Assembly: GCA_951406725.2 (NCBI GenBank)
Contig: OX597825.1
Span: 29,202,001-29,266,000, forward strand
DNA: 64,000 bases
Direction of reading: 5' to 3'
DNA from: Octopus vulgaris
Taxonomy: Eukaryota
Of the stretch, positions 26,510 to 39,697 are shown one piece after another. The stretch's first letter is position 1. Every line of letters starts with the position of its first letter. A program made the position numbers and the translations under genes. The notes below the pieces were generated by a model. That model was given only the letters and a program-made list of their open reading frames with translations, was not told the origin of the DNA and did no database searches.

Positions 26510-26672
26510 CGCGGAGTGGTTGACGTTAGGAAGGGCATCCAGCTGTAGAAACACTGCCAGATCAGACTGGAGCCTGGTGCAGCCCTGGCTTCCCAGACCC
26601 CGGTCGAACCGTCCAACCCGTGCTAGCGCGGAAAACGGATGTTAAACGATGATGATGATAATGATGATGATG
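26510..26672 (+). mobile_element. Family C retroposon, 3' part
   Basis: ggagtggttgacgttaggaagggcatccagctgtagaaac...gttaaacgatgatgat. Confidence 0.9.
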
Positions 26673-28119
26673 TTTTAGAAGTAAATGAAGAGAATGTATT
26701 GGAAGGATTAAAATTGAATTTGTTTCTCAGGGATAATTTCCTCCTGTTCTGAATTTTCTTCAGCTGACTGAAGAATTTTGCATTTTTATTGATAGGAAAG
26801 AAGGGCTCATAATAGTTTAATTAGGAGACTGAAGTACAAGCTACACTGTATCACACTGAAATGTTAACGAGTTGAAATAAAATCTTAATGACATAGATTT
26901 TTGCACCTCTTCATTTTCAATTTAAAATTTTTCTATTTCATTGCATAGTTTGCCGAAAATATTTACTATTAAGTACTTCTACTTGTTTTGATTTTAGTAA
27001 GTTTTCATGTGCAAGTATAACAGAGAATGCATTAAAATTATTAAGGCTAGACTTGGTCCTCAAGGAGAATTTCTTGGTACTTAAACATTTTTTTTTTGTT
27101 TGTTTGAATACTGCAAGAAATTTGTTCTTCAATATATTTAAAGAATTTGAGTAATAATGTACCACAGACAATAGTACATTGTAATATTTGCAACAAGTTT
27201 TGAACCTAAAACTAACAAAGCAACAACTCAGAATGGTTATTATTGAACATCTCTTCTGCTTTTAATCAAGTAGTGTTCTTTTTATTCTTCCTCATTAACA
27301 TTCAGAATAGTAGAGTTGAGAAAATTTTGACAGGAATACTAATGGAAATGGATAAAATGTACTGGCAGCAGCAGTGAAACCAATATTAACAGTATAGTTT
27401 CTATTTGTATGCTATAAAAATCAGAATCTACATTTCGCTTTGGGAGAAAAGTGAAATCATTTTAAGAAACTATCAACAGATTTGGAGAAATGCACCATAG
27501 TTCCAAAGATTTGTTTTTACTAATACAACTACAAGCTTCTTATCTGCAACTCACGAGAAATCTGACCAGCCTTTCTACAGCCAATTTTAATAGAAAAAGT
27601 TTCTATTTTCAAAAATAAGCAAAAGTCCATAAATTGCTTTAGACAGGAAATTCTTTCTGTATATAAGAATGAGTGTGTGCGTGTATGGAGGGAGGAGGAT
27701 GGGTGGAGTCAATAAGATGGTAGATGTATTCTCAGCATTTGAAAATCCTCAATCGGATTATTGCTGATGACTAATCCAGTGAGAAACTTTTCTAAGCATA
27801 GCTATGGGTAACTCTTAGGATGTATATCATTCTATCTATGGCACAATGTTTACCATGTCAACGAAATTTGAAAATTATTTCAAACTTTACAGTCTAATTT
27901 TGTGTCAGCTTCTGTATCTGAAAGCTCTTCCCTTTTAAGATTTAAGAACTAATATTAAAATAGGTTTGATGTATATAACTTGTGGATAGACAAAATCCAT
28001 TTTATTGGCCACATCTACCCCTTTCACACTTAAAACGTAGCTTTACAAAAATATGATGGGTTTCCTCTGGTTAGTTTCTTGAGATGAAAACTGAATATGA
28101 AAGTGTTTATGAAAATATT

Positions 28120-28545
28120 GATTTCAAATTTTGGCCAAGGCCAGCATTTTACAGGGACTGGCTAAGTTAATTACGTTGACCCCCAGTGCTCAGCCAGTAG
28201 TTATTTTATTGACCCCAAAAGGATGAAAGGCAAGTTTGACCTTGGTAGCCAGCACTGCCTGACTGGCCCTCATGCTGGTGGCACGTAAAAGCACCCACTA
28301 CACTCTCGGAGTGTAGGAAGGGCATCCAGCTGTAGAAACTCAGCCAGATCAGATTGGAGTCTGGTGCAGCCATCTGGTTTGACAGTCCTCAGTCAAATCG
28401 TCCAACCCATGCTAGCATGGAGAGCAGATGTTAAACGATGATGATGATGATGTAACATTTGAACTCACACTGTGAGAACAGGCAAAATGCTGTCACTAAG
28501 CACTTTCCTTGGTGTGCTGATGATTCTGCCAGCTAACTGCCTTGT
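28120..28545 (-). mobile_element. Family B SINE split by a family C insertion (plus strand, about 28247-28452)
   Basis: Family B sequence breaks at caagtttgaccttggta and resumes at acatttgaactcac. The intervening sequence is family C with a (gat)n tail. Confidence 0.85.
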
Positions 28546-29654
28546 GTATATGAAAATATTGTGAACATAGCAGAATGATCTTTGGAAAGGTGGTCAAAAT
28601 TCGAGTTTGAACTACTGGATGCCCACATTAATTTGCCCCCAAAAATGGTAAAAATGACAAAGGGCAAGTGAACTGAAAAAAAAAATATTTGTCATGTTAC
28701 AGGTATTTGCTGGTTTCTGCAGAAGTAACAACTGCATCAGTTTTGAAAGGAACAAAAAAGTACACTTTTTTGTACTTGCTGTGCAAAAACAAGTACCTTG
28801 TTCTTACGGAAGAAAAAAGGCATGAGAAAAAGTTGTAAACTTGGTTCTCAGGATGTTTGGCTTGACAAATAGGATAAAGTCAGAATGGTGGTGGTGGTGG
28901 TGAGGGGCTTCTTTACTTCATTGAAGACCTGCTCAGTTTACTCCAGTATGGCAAAACTGATGTTAAAATAATGATGAAGCTTATGAGGATAATGAATACA
29001 TTTGCATACATTAATGCTAAATACGATTGTAAATACCCAAGATAATGAAAATCCCTGCATATGATGGGATTCTTTTTTCCTTTTTATTGCCAACACCAAA
29101 TAGTAGTAATTTGCAACAACAGAAAGAGAAATTCATAAATTGATAGGGAAGGATTCTACATTCTTATTCAATCTGCTAGAAATAGCAGCCAAGCCTCAAA
29201 TGGTACCCAACGATATCGGAAAAAAAAAACCGGATGTGATATGGCAGTTAGGAGTGCAATATTCTGTTTACTCAGAGCTGTCATGAAATTAAACAATAAC
29301 TGAATTTCACGGGTTATGATGTAAATGGTAGAGCTAATGAACATTTTATGAAAAGAAAAAGCATCTTTTTGTTGAGAGACTTCAACCATTGCTACAAGAG
29401 AAAACCCAGATAACATAGATAACCACACAAGCACTGAAAAACAACCAGTCAGTCCAGCAGCCAACATGGTAAATTGGTAGAGGCATTAGAGTGTCAGATA
29501 GAATACCTAACATCATTTATTCTGACTTTAATCAGCACTCTGTGTTCAAATCCTACAGTGATTGTCCTTGCATGTTCCTGGCACCCCTCTTCAGCTGAGC
29601 ATGTCCCCTGTATTCCTCTCCAACTCATCATTTCTAATTTTGTAGGCTCATTGG

Positions 29655-30145
29655 TGCTGGTGTCACATAGAAAACACTTGTACAGGTGCCACTAAATGTC
29701 CCAAGCCGATGCTGCATAAAAGCACACAGTACACTCTGTAAAGTGGTTGGCATTAGGAAGGGCAACTGGCCATAAAAACCATGTCAAAACAGAGATGGAG
29801 CCTGGACAGTGCTTCAGCTGACCAGCTCCTGTCAAATCTATTTCTTTATTACCCACAAGGGGCTAAACACAGAGGGGACAAACAAGGACAGACATAGGTA
29901 TTAAGTCGATTACATCGACCCCAGTGCGTAACTGGTACTTAATTTATCGACCCCGAAAGGATGAAAGGCAAAGTCGACCTCGGCGGAATTTGAACTCAGA
30001 ACGCAGCGGCAGACGAAATACCACAAAGCATTTCGCCCGGTGTGCTAACGATTCTGCCAGCTCGCCGCTGTTGACAGCTCCTGTCAAACCATCTAACTCA
30101 TGCCAGCATGGAAAACAGATGTTAAATGATGATGATGATGATGAT
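29655..30145 (+). mobile_element. Old family C element hosting a young family B insertion
   Basis: gtggttggcattaggaagggc... is interrupted and resumes at cagctcctgtcaaaccatctaactcatgccagcatggaaaacagatgttaaatgatgat. Confidence 0.8.
29837..30071 (-). mobile_element. SINE family B, young full-length copy with 14-bp TSD
   Basis: cagctcctgtcaaa at 29823-29836 and 30075-30088. Many CpGs retained. Confidence 0.93.
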
Positions 30146-31295
30146 TGGTTTCATCCTTTTAGTGAATGGGGGGAAGTGGAGGGAGGGCTTAATGAAAGAA
30201 AAAACCCAATCCAAGGTGAAATAATGGCAGAACTTTAAGAATACCAGAACTGACACCTTGTGGCATTTGTTCCAAGTCTTTGTGTCCTGAGTTTAACTCT
30301 TGCTGCAGCATAGCTGGGTGGCAGACACAATCTGTCAAACAACTTAACACCAGAACCTTGCTTCTTGTATAATTTTTCAATGGTACCATAATTCCTTCCA
30401 GACTTCTTTTAACATCATATTACATATTACTTCTATACTACATATTTCAGTTCCTTTGTAGATTAATCCCAAGGCCATTCTGAAGACTTATGCCTTTGGG
30501 CCACATTTGCATATAACCATTACTTAGGAATGGTATCTTAATTCCTTCCAGATTTTTCCTTATATAATATTTTATACTGGTAAAACAAAGTTTTTGTAGA
30601 ACATTGAAAATGGAGACAATTTAAATGCGAAAGTATGTTAACCAGATCATCTAACAACACAGTTTATCTCAATGGTTGAAATACATATTAATTTGTTCGG
30701 AAATATTACCCATGATAAGCAAATAATCTTCATATTGCAACTGACATTTGTCACTTATATGCTAATTATGACATGAAATTTACAGCAAAACATGATCCTC
30801 GTGAGCTTCTAGATGTCAGTGTATCAGAGGTCTGTAAATGTATGACGGAGACAGACAATTTGCTTCATTTGCATAAACAGCTTGCGAAAGTTGTATGGAT
30901 GTCGTAGTTTAAGTAGGATCAGTCAGAAAACGGCATTAAGGGCCAGCAGTTTGTTGATGGTAGCTAATTGCTGTGAGCAGAATGTTTGCACAACTTGGAA
31001 GATATGTACATCTAGATTGGACACTATTTCCTGACACCTGTAAGATGTTAATGCAGTTTCGTTGATCAATGAACTTTTAATTGCATTGAGTCACATTAAA
31101 GCTACAGCTGCACTTGTGTCGGCTTTAGGCTTTAACCTCAGTCATTATCAATGCTGTGTCACTGGATGTGAGTGTTTATAGTTAGATGTAAAGTAGGCAA
31201 TGTAGTTAATTATCTTTTAATTTCCTGTCAACACTAGAAAGGGATTTTGGAACAGCACAATTTCCTTTGTAATTCTGGATAATTTCTGCTACATG

Positions 31296-31720
<425 letters not shown>

Positions 31721-31728
31721 ATACATAT

Positions 31729-31893
31729 AGGCACAGGCATGGCTGTGTAGTAATTAGCTTGCTTACCAACCACATGGTTCCAGGTTCAGTTCCACTGCAT
31801 GGCACCTTGGCCAAGTGTCTTCTACTATAGCCTCAGGCTGACCAAAGCCTTGTGAGTGGATTTGGTAGACAGAAACTGAAAGAAGCCTGTCAT
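31729..31893 (+). mobile_element. SINE family A, 5' half
   Basis: ggcacaggcatggctgtgtagtaa...gaaactgaaagaagcctgtc. Confidence 0.88.
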
Positions 31894-33548
31894 ATATATG
31901 TGTGTGTGTGTGTGTGTGCGTGTGTGTGTGTGTATGTATGTATGTGTATATATCTATATATATCTGTATGTATATATATATATGTGTGTGTGTATGTATG
32001 TATATACATGTATGTATGAATCTATCTACTGTGTCTCTATATACACATACGCATGCACACACTCATACACAGACGCATACAAATACCCCTATGACTACAC
32101 ATAAATCTAGTTTAAATGCATGAACTGTGTATAAACACGCCAGTTGTGTTCATGAATAAAATTAGCACGTTTAATACATTAACATACCTTTCAGTCTTGT
32201 ACACAAAACATATACCATGCATGCCAACACACAAACAGTTGAACATGGGATAGTTTCTGTTTGTAAGCTTGTGTCAATGTATGCAAATAGTTCCGCTTAT
32301 ACTTCAATCTATAAATTAACGTAAATGCATGCACAAACGCCAGTTTGGAATACATGTATGTCCTTATTTACTAATGAAATGCTTTAACTAGCAGATTTTG
32401 CTGTAGCTGCTGTAATCGTGCATGTGCTATAATCTTGCACCATTTGGTACTATTATAGTTATATTTTGCTATTTCTGTAAATCTATAAATCCATTAACAA
32501 TAGGGAGCGAGAGAGAGTGAGTGAGAGAGATGGACAGACAGAGAGAAATAGAGACAGAAACAGGAAGAAACAGACAGACAGAGACAGAGAAAGAGGAAAA
32601 TAAAAATATATATAAAACTGAAATGGGTGGAAGTTTCTTTCACCCACTTTTGCTGTTTGAATATTCTTCTCATACATGTAAAATTTTATTTTATTTTATT
32701 TTATTTTACGTATAGTTTTTCATTTGTTTTCTAAAATATTCTCTTATTCCATTCCGTTTGAATTTCAACTCATAGATTTTCCTATTACACACATATATAT
32801 TATCCATTGAATACACCCTTTTCTCCTCTCTCTCTCTCTCTCACACACACATACATACACCCTTTCTTTCTCTCTTTCTCACGTTACCAGATATTTTTTT
32901 TTTTTGTTTTCTTCCTTTCTTGATGTCTTTGTGTATTTCAAATGAATTCTCAAATCAACAAGCCTATAATTGCCCATTTTTGTGGACCAATGATTAAAGT
33001 TAGAGAAACATTAAGACAAATGTAATACATTTTGTTTGTGTATGTGTGTGTATGTTTGCATATGTGTGTGTGTGTGCATATATGTGTACATGTGTATGTG
33101 TTTGTGCGCTTGTATGTGTCTCTATGTGTTGATATGGAAAAGTTACATTCTGATATTTCAGTTCTGACCTTAAATTATTGATCTCTTTCCCACGTTTTTT
33201 CCAGTCCTTTGCGAATACTGGTGTTGACTAGTCTTGGATGTTTTAGTTTTATTTATTTAGTTATTAACATTATTTATTTTTTTTATAACCTAAATGTTTG
33301 TCTTCATCTCCAACACTAAAATTGAGATTGACTTGTCATTTCGATAGCCTGCTGTCTTAACACAATGTTATACTAACATCCCTTAAGACTACAGACACAT
33401 CAATAAACAAGTATATTTTTAGAATATTGATCTATACATACATACATATATACATATATATGTGTGTCTCTGCATGTGTATATATGTATATATATATGTG
33501 TGTCTCTGCATGTGTATATATGTACGTATATATATATATGTGTGTGTG

Positions 33549-33615
<67 letters not shown>

Positions 33616-33997
33616 TATACATACATATATATATATATATATATACATACACACACAAACATATATATATATTGTTGATAAACATTCAAGCAAATTATCG
33701 CTATGTCTGTCAGTCGTCTCTCACAGTTTGTGTGTCTGGGTAAAAATTATTTATGGTACTCCAATTTTATTACGACCACTGTTGTATCATTAATGGTTCA
33801 GTCACTGGATTCAGCTGCACAAAATTTTTGGCAACAGAATCTCTTTACACCATTTCATTCCATTTCCATTCCATTTCTATTCCACACCTTCCTTTAATGG
33901 TGAAGGTATTGAAGAATAAAAACTTTTGTAAATCCCTGAATACGAATAGGACATTCACCATTTTGTTACCATTTATCTGTCAATATACACTGCCTTT

Positions 33998-34445
33998 AAG
34001 GTGGTGAGCTGGTAGGAATGTTAGCATGCCGGGCGAAATGCTTAGTGGTATTTTGTCTGTCTTTACGTTCTGAGTTCAAATTCCACTGAGGTCAGCTTTG
34101 CCTTTCATTCTTTCAGGGTCGATAAATTAAGTACCAGTTGTATACTTGGGTCGATCTAATTGACTGGCCCCACTCCCCCGAAATTTCAGGCCTTGTGCCT
34201 AGAGTAGAAAAGAATATACACTTCCTTTAAGGTGGCGAATCGGCAAGAACATTAGCATGCTGGGCGAAATGCTTAGTGGTATTTTGTCTGTCATTATGTT
34301 CTGAGTTCAAATTCCGCCACAGTCGACTTTGCCTTTCATGCTTTTGGGGTCAATAAATTAAGTACTAGTTGCGTACTGGGGTCAATTTAATCAACTAGTC
34401 CCTCCCCCAGAATTTCAGGCCTTGTGCCTAGAGTAGCAAAGAATA
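33998..34445 (+). mobile_element. Head-to-tail dimer of family B-variant SINEs
   Basis: Two units of about 215 bp (33998-34213 and 34229-34445), each aaggtgg..gagttcaaattcc..tttcaggccttgtgcctagagtag. Both are preceded by aatatacact(g/t)ccttt. Confidence 0.9.
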
Positions 34446-34548
34446 TTGCCCATGGTTATCAAATGCCTTGTGAGTGGATTTGGTATATGAAATGTGTGTG
34501 GAAGCCCATCATGTGAGTATATATATATATATATATATACGAGTAGTG

Positions 34549-34599
<51 letters not shown>

Positions 34600-34624
34600 A
34601 AGCAGTAGTAGTAGTAAGAGGACA

Positions 34625-34845
34625 TGTGTTGTAACAGTGCATTGCTGCATCTGTATATTTGTTGGTGACTCCCTCTTCTGGTAGATGACACTTTGCACCA
34701 TGGGTCTGTTCGGGTAATTGTTGCTGGTGAGGGCTTTATGAGGTTGGAGCACAAATCCTGCTTCATCCCCCTTTAGTCCCTTTTCGCAACACACAGAGGA
34801 AACGTCAGGTCTATCCTTTGACATACCAATCCCCAAATGGCACAA
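34625..34845 (-). mobile_element. Possible decayed R4/Dong-like (REL-endonuclease) LINE fragment
   Basis: Minus-strand frames give GLKGDEAGFVLQPHKALTSNNY and TDPWCK, reminiscent of the G.LK.ETE..I.AAQDQAL.T..Y...D.KCR.C zinc-knuckle region. Frameshifted. Confidence 0.35.
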
Positions 34846-35430
34846 AAGTAAGATACTTAATCAAATATAAGCTAATTTGAGAAATATAGTGACACTAATT
34901 AGCTGTCAAAGTGGATAAATCATTAGAGCACTCATGAAACATGTGGGTTTCCTGCATGATACTGCCATCACACATTAAATTATAATTCACATGTTGGGAG
35001 AATAGATCACCTGGTTAAAACTCACTGTGTTGATTAGAGGGTGGAAAATGGACCTGGCATAGAAACCACTGCTGAGATCTAATTAATCCAGTGTTTTTAA
35101 TTAAGTAGAGCTAAATTTATCTACTAATTAATTACATTACATTGCATTACTTAGCACCAATCAGAACAAAGTGTTTATGAGAATATTCCAACTTTAGTAA
35201 ACTAAACTAATTTTTGATATTGATATCTGAATATTTCATGATCTCATCCATGTGTGTTTGTGTAATTAGCAATTAAATGGCTGAGTGGATATGAAATTAA
35301 TGTACCAACTCTTGATTCTTGATTCAAACCTATTATGGGTGTTTTAGTTTGATGTACATACTTCAATTGATTTATACATAAATACATACACACATATATA
35401 CATATATATGTGTATCTGTTTATCTGTCTG

Positions 35431-35507
<77 letters not shown>

Positions 35508-35520
35508 ATATATATATATA

Positions 35521-35687
35521 TATCACTTTGATCACCTTGACTGACCAGTTCGTCGGGCGTCCATTTGACACTGCTGGTCACAGCACGCTGTCCACTCCTC
35601 TCTGGATCACACCTTCCTCATTCACATGGTCCCAATCGTCCTCCAAAATCGTAACTTCACCATCGTGGAGGTCTTCTGTGTGGTTGT
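35521..35687 (-). mobile_element. 5'-truncated RTE-clade LINE, 3' end (lineage 2)
   Basis: Minus strand gives QPHRRPPRW, then after a frameshift RTIGTM*MRKV*SREEWTACCDQQCQMDARRTGQSR*. This matches the GRPP.RW...W...AR.R.EW pattern of RTE C-termini. (gtgatca)-type tail. Confidence 0.65.
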
Positions 35688-35710
35688 ACATACATGTATA
35701 TGTGCATGTG

Positions 35711-35750
<40 letters not shown>

Positions 35751-36204
35751 TATATGTGTGTGTGTGTGTGTGTGTATGTATATGTATGTATATATGTACA
35801 TATACTTACATATATATATATATATATTTATACATACAAAAAGAGACAGAGAGAGAATGAGACGAGTACAAATGACTGATTTGAAATCATTGCCTCTTCT
35901 ATCTTTCAACCTGTGTTGCCATGTATATGGCTGGGAAATTTAAGTTTCAACCATTCCAAACAATCAAATTTTAAGGGAATACCACAAACAGGAATTGTTC
36001 TCTTATATAGAAAGCAGCACTGTAAAATTAACAAAAGCATTGCAGCCTGCATTGCAGAGTTCAATTTCAGGTTTGGCTAGCAGGGTAGATTTGATGAGCC
36101 TCAAAAGTCAATAGTACCCAACTCTTCCTGCAAATTACTGATGATAACAGTACCATTGTGACCATTTACGAATGGCATCATTTGTTTCCAGCATTCCTTT
36201 AAAA

Positions 36205-36541
36205 TCCCGAACACATAAGCATTATGGAGCTATGGCAAAGAACAAATGAAGTTTCGATTAGGGAGTAAATATTTAAGAAAAAGTGGAAGTGGATTGGTAG
36301 CACAATTAGAAAAGAAACACCAAATGTAGCAAAAAGTGCTTTACAGTGGAAACCAGATGGATATAGAAGGAGAGGTAGGCCTAAGAATTCGTGGCGTAGA
36401 TCAACACAAAAGGAACTAGAGAAAGGGGGACATTCATGGCAGAGTATAAATACAGAAGCCAAAAATTATGCGACATGGAATTCAACTATAAGTGGCCTAT
36501 ACTCCGCATTGGAGGGTTACAGGCATAAAGAAGAAAGAAGA
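36205..36541 (+). mobile_element. 5'-truncated RTE-clade LINE, 3' end (lineage 3) with 12-bp TSD
   Basis: Translates PEHISIMELWQRTNEVSIRE*IFKKKWKWIGSTIRKETPNVAKSALQWKPDGYRRRGRPKNSWRRSTQKELEKGGHSW..., the classic RTE W.WIG..LR...ALQW.P.G.R.RGRPK..WRR motif. TSD attcctttaaaa at 36193-36204 and 36542-36553. Confidence 0.9.
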
Positions 36542-37433
36542 ATTCCTTTAAAAACATGCCTGGACATGAGTAAATATTACCTTCTTTCGAAATAAGAGAT
36601 GGTTGGTAACAAGAAGGACAGCCAACCATAGAAAATCTGCCTCAACAAATTTCATCTGACCTATGCAAGGATGGAAAACTGAATGTTAAAATGATAATGA
36701 AGAGTAGAATCATGATAATTGCCTAAAACTATTTTGGTAAACATAAATGTCAGAAGTAAACACTGCATTTTCTCTCTCAGGAATAAACACTATATCTTCT
36801 TGCTGTTTGTTTTGTTTCTATGTTTTTAAAATGTTGATGAGATATTCCCTATCGTTTCCACTATTTGGCAAAACCTGAGCTAAGAATTCACCTTATGAAC
36901 CTCTGAATGAAAACTGAATGCTATAAACAGTTAAATAACTTGATTTAATCTCAAAAATCGATAGGGGCTGCATTAAGGGGCTGTTTTAGGTTCAGTCAGT
37001 TTCTCTTAGATGAATTGGGTAAGGAAGAAATCAGTATGAGAAAAAAAACGTCAGAGATAAGTTTTGGAAGTGAGTTTGGTGATTATCTCTCTACAATTTA
37101 GGAAATTAGGGTAACATGAGGTAAATATCTTATGTTGAAGTACAAAAAAAAAAAAAACTTCAAACACATACGAGGGAATTGAAGTCATGACCTATAAATT
37201 TGCATTCTAATACTTTGGGAATTCAGTCATTTCACTTCAATATATAGGTAAACGGTGGTGAGAGGTCACTCAGACATCTCACTTAGCAGTTAGCCCTTTA
37301 AAATACTTCAACATTATATTTAGGTAAGCCTACACACACATACACACACACAAACACACACACACCTAGGTGTCATATTCCTACAAACATACATAAATCA
37401 TGAATATGAATACATATATATGAGTTTATATAT

Positions 37434-37478
<45 letters not shown>

Positions 37479-37480
<2 letters not shown>

Positions 37481-37642
37481 CACAGGAGTGGCCGTGTGGT
37501 AAGTAGCTTGTTTACCAACCACATGGTTCCGGGTTCAGTCCCACTGCATGGCACCTTGGGCAAGTGTCTTCTACTATAACCTTGGGCCGACCAAAGCCTT
37601 GTGAGTGGATTTGGTCGACGGAAACTGAAAGAAGCCCGTTGT
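37479..37642 (+). mobile_element. SINE family A, 5' half
   Basis: ggcacaggagtggccgtgtggtaag...GGTTCAGTCCC...gaaagaagcccgttg. Confidence 0.9.
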
Positions 37643-37981
37643 ATATATGTATACATATATATATACATGCATATAGTTTTGTTCTATTTACATGCATCAA
37701 TCCTTGATCTGTTCATAAAAACATGCCAATTCCTTCTGAAGATACATGTCCGACAGAGAACTGATCGTTAATAATACTCTATTATTCATTATCTACAACA
37801 TATTAATTAATATTAGCGGCTGATGTAATATTTAATTATAATCTAATTTAATAACTAGTTCTAAACATTAAATGGGTTTGAATCTATAATTAATTTCGTT
37901 CTTTTGATTATCAGTGAGTTGTCAGTGTTTGTTAAGCCATGTATGTACATATCTGTGTTTGTATGAGTGTGTAGGTCTACA

Positions 37982-38028
<47 letters not shown>

Positions 38029-38380
38029 ATATCTATCTATCTATCTAACTGTATAACGAGGTAGAGAGTCAGACAAGGAAAGAGAAAGAGAGGAAGAGAG
38101 ATAGAGAGAGAGAGAGAGAAGAAGAAGAGAAAGAAAGGAAAAGAGAGAGAGAGAGGAAGAGAGGGGGGAGAGGAAAAGAGAGATTAGTATATATAAGTAT
38201 ATACATGCATCTATATCTATCTATGTATATACATGTGAGTATACATATATGTGTGTATATATATACACATACAGAAATTAATTTATATATGTATGTGTGT
38301 GTGTGTGTATATATATATATATACATGTAAGTAAATATGTGGGGAAAAGAGATAGAGAAAGTGAGGGAGAGAGAAAGCGA

Positions 38381-38416
<36 letters not shown>

Positions 38417-39039
38417 AAAGTTTGAAGCCTTTTGAATGTTGCGTTATTGGTCTTTAAATATCCAAGCCTTGTTTTACAAGTGTGAGTTAAATTCATTTAA
38501 CTGATGGCTGATTCTTCATTTTATTTCCTATTTCATTTCATTTAACGAAGCTTGCATTCCTTTTGTATCATGCTAATTTAGATGTAATTATATGCCACGT
38601 AGTATTAACTATTCATGTATTCTTAATTTATTCCTCTACATAATAATGGATGTGTAGTTACAGTGCTGGACTACTAAGCTACATGAATTTGGTTTCAAAA
38701 GCTCTTGGGTATGTTGATTGATTGCAGAAGCCACTTTCTGGTGCCTGGGTACAAGATACATAGGTTTGTTTGAGTCTGCAAGCTTCTATAGATAAACAGT
38801 TTCCAATTTGTCTTAATAGTGAGCAGTGAGCAGTGAGCAGTTAATTCTGGAAAAATAGAAAAATATGAAGTAGCAAAAATATTTGTATCAATAATATGTA
38901 AGTATTGGAATTTTCAAAAATGGTGATTGAAAATCAGGACTACTTCAGGGAAATATACAAATGCAACATTAACTGAACATAATTATACAGATATACACAT
39001 AAATGTACACATGCTCGGTGTTTTGTATGTGGTAACTGT

Positions 39040-39242
39040 GCTGATGGCATGTAAAAAGCACCCACTACACTCTTGGAGTGGTTGGCGTTAGGAAGGGCAT
39101 CTAGCTGTAGAAATCTTGCTAAATGAGATTAAAACCTGGGGTAGCTCCCCAGCTTTCCAGTTTTAAGTCAAACCTGTCATGCCAGCTTGGAAAATAGACA
39201 TCAAATGATAATGATGAGGAGGAGGGGGAGGAGGATGATGCT
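39040..39242 (+). mobile_element. Family C retroposon, diverged
   Basis: ggcatgtaaaaagcacccactacactcttggagtggttggcgttaggaagggcatctagctgtagaaa. Confidence 0.82.
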
Positions 39243-39338
39243 GATATATATATAATGATATTAGGGAGTATAACTCCAAACTTACAGGGAAAAATTCAAC
39301 TTAGTATTAAATCAAATTTCACAATATAAATATATAAT

Positions 39339-39678
39339 ATATATAAATTAGAGAAAAACCACTAATATGCAATTCAAACAATGATAGACATAAACCAAAA
39401 TCATAAAGAAAAAATAAAATATATTTTAAAACTTATAACTACATCACAAAAAGTACAAAAATAAATAAACAATATATAATAAGTAATAAGTAAACAATAT
39501 ATAAGTAATAAGTAACTTACTATTTACTTATTACTTATTATATATTGTTTATTTATTTTTGTACTTTTTGTGATGTAGTTATATGTTTTAAAATATATTT
39601 TTATTTTTTATTTATGATTTGGTTTATGTCTATCATTGTTTGAATTGCATAATAGTGGTTTTTCTCTAATTTATATAT
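39339..39678. repeat. Long near-perfect inverted repeat (arms about 155 bp, spacer about 28 bp)
   Basis: aaattagagaaaaaccactaatatgcaattcaaacaatgatagacataaacc... pairs with ...ggtttatgtctatcattgtttgaattgcataatagtggtttttctctaattt. Confidence 0.92.
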
Positions 39679-39697
39679 ATATATATATATATATATA

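Noticed and set aside
27760-27800. CTGATGA...GAAAC hammerhead-like words
   Set aside because: The intervening sequence cannot form stem II and there is no convincing stem I or stem III.
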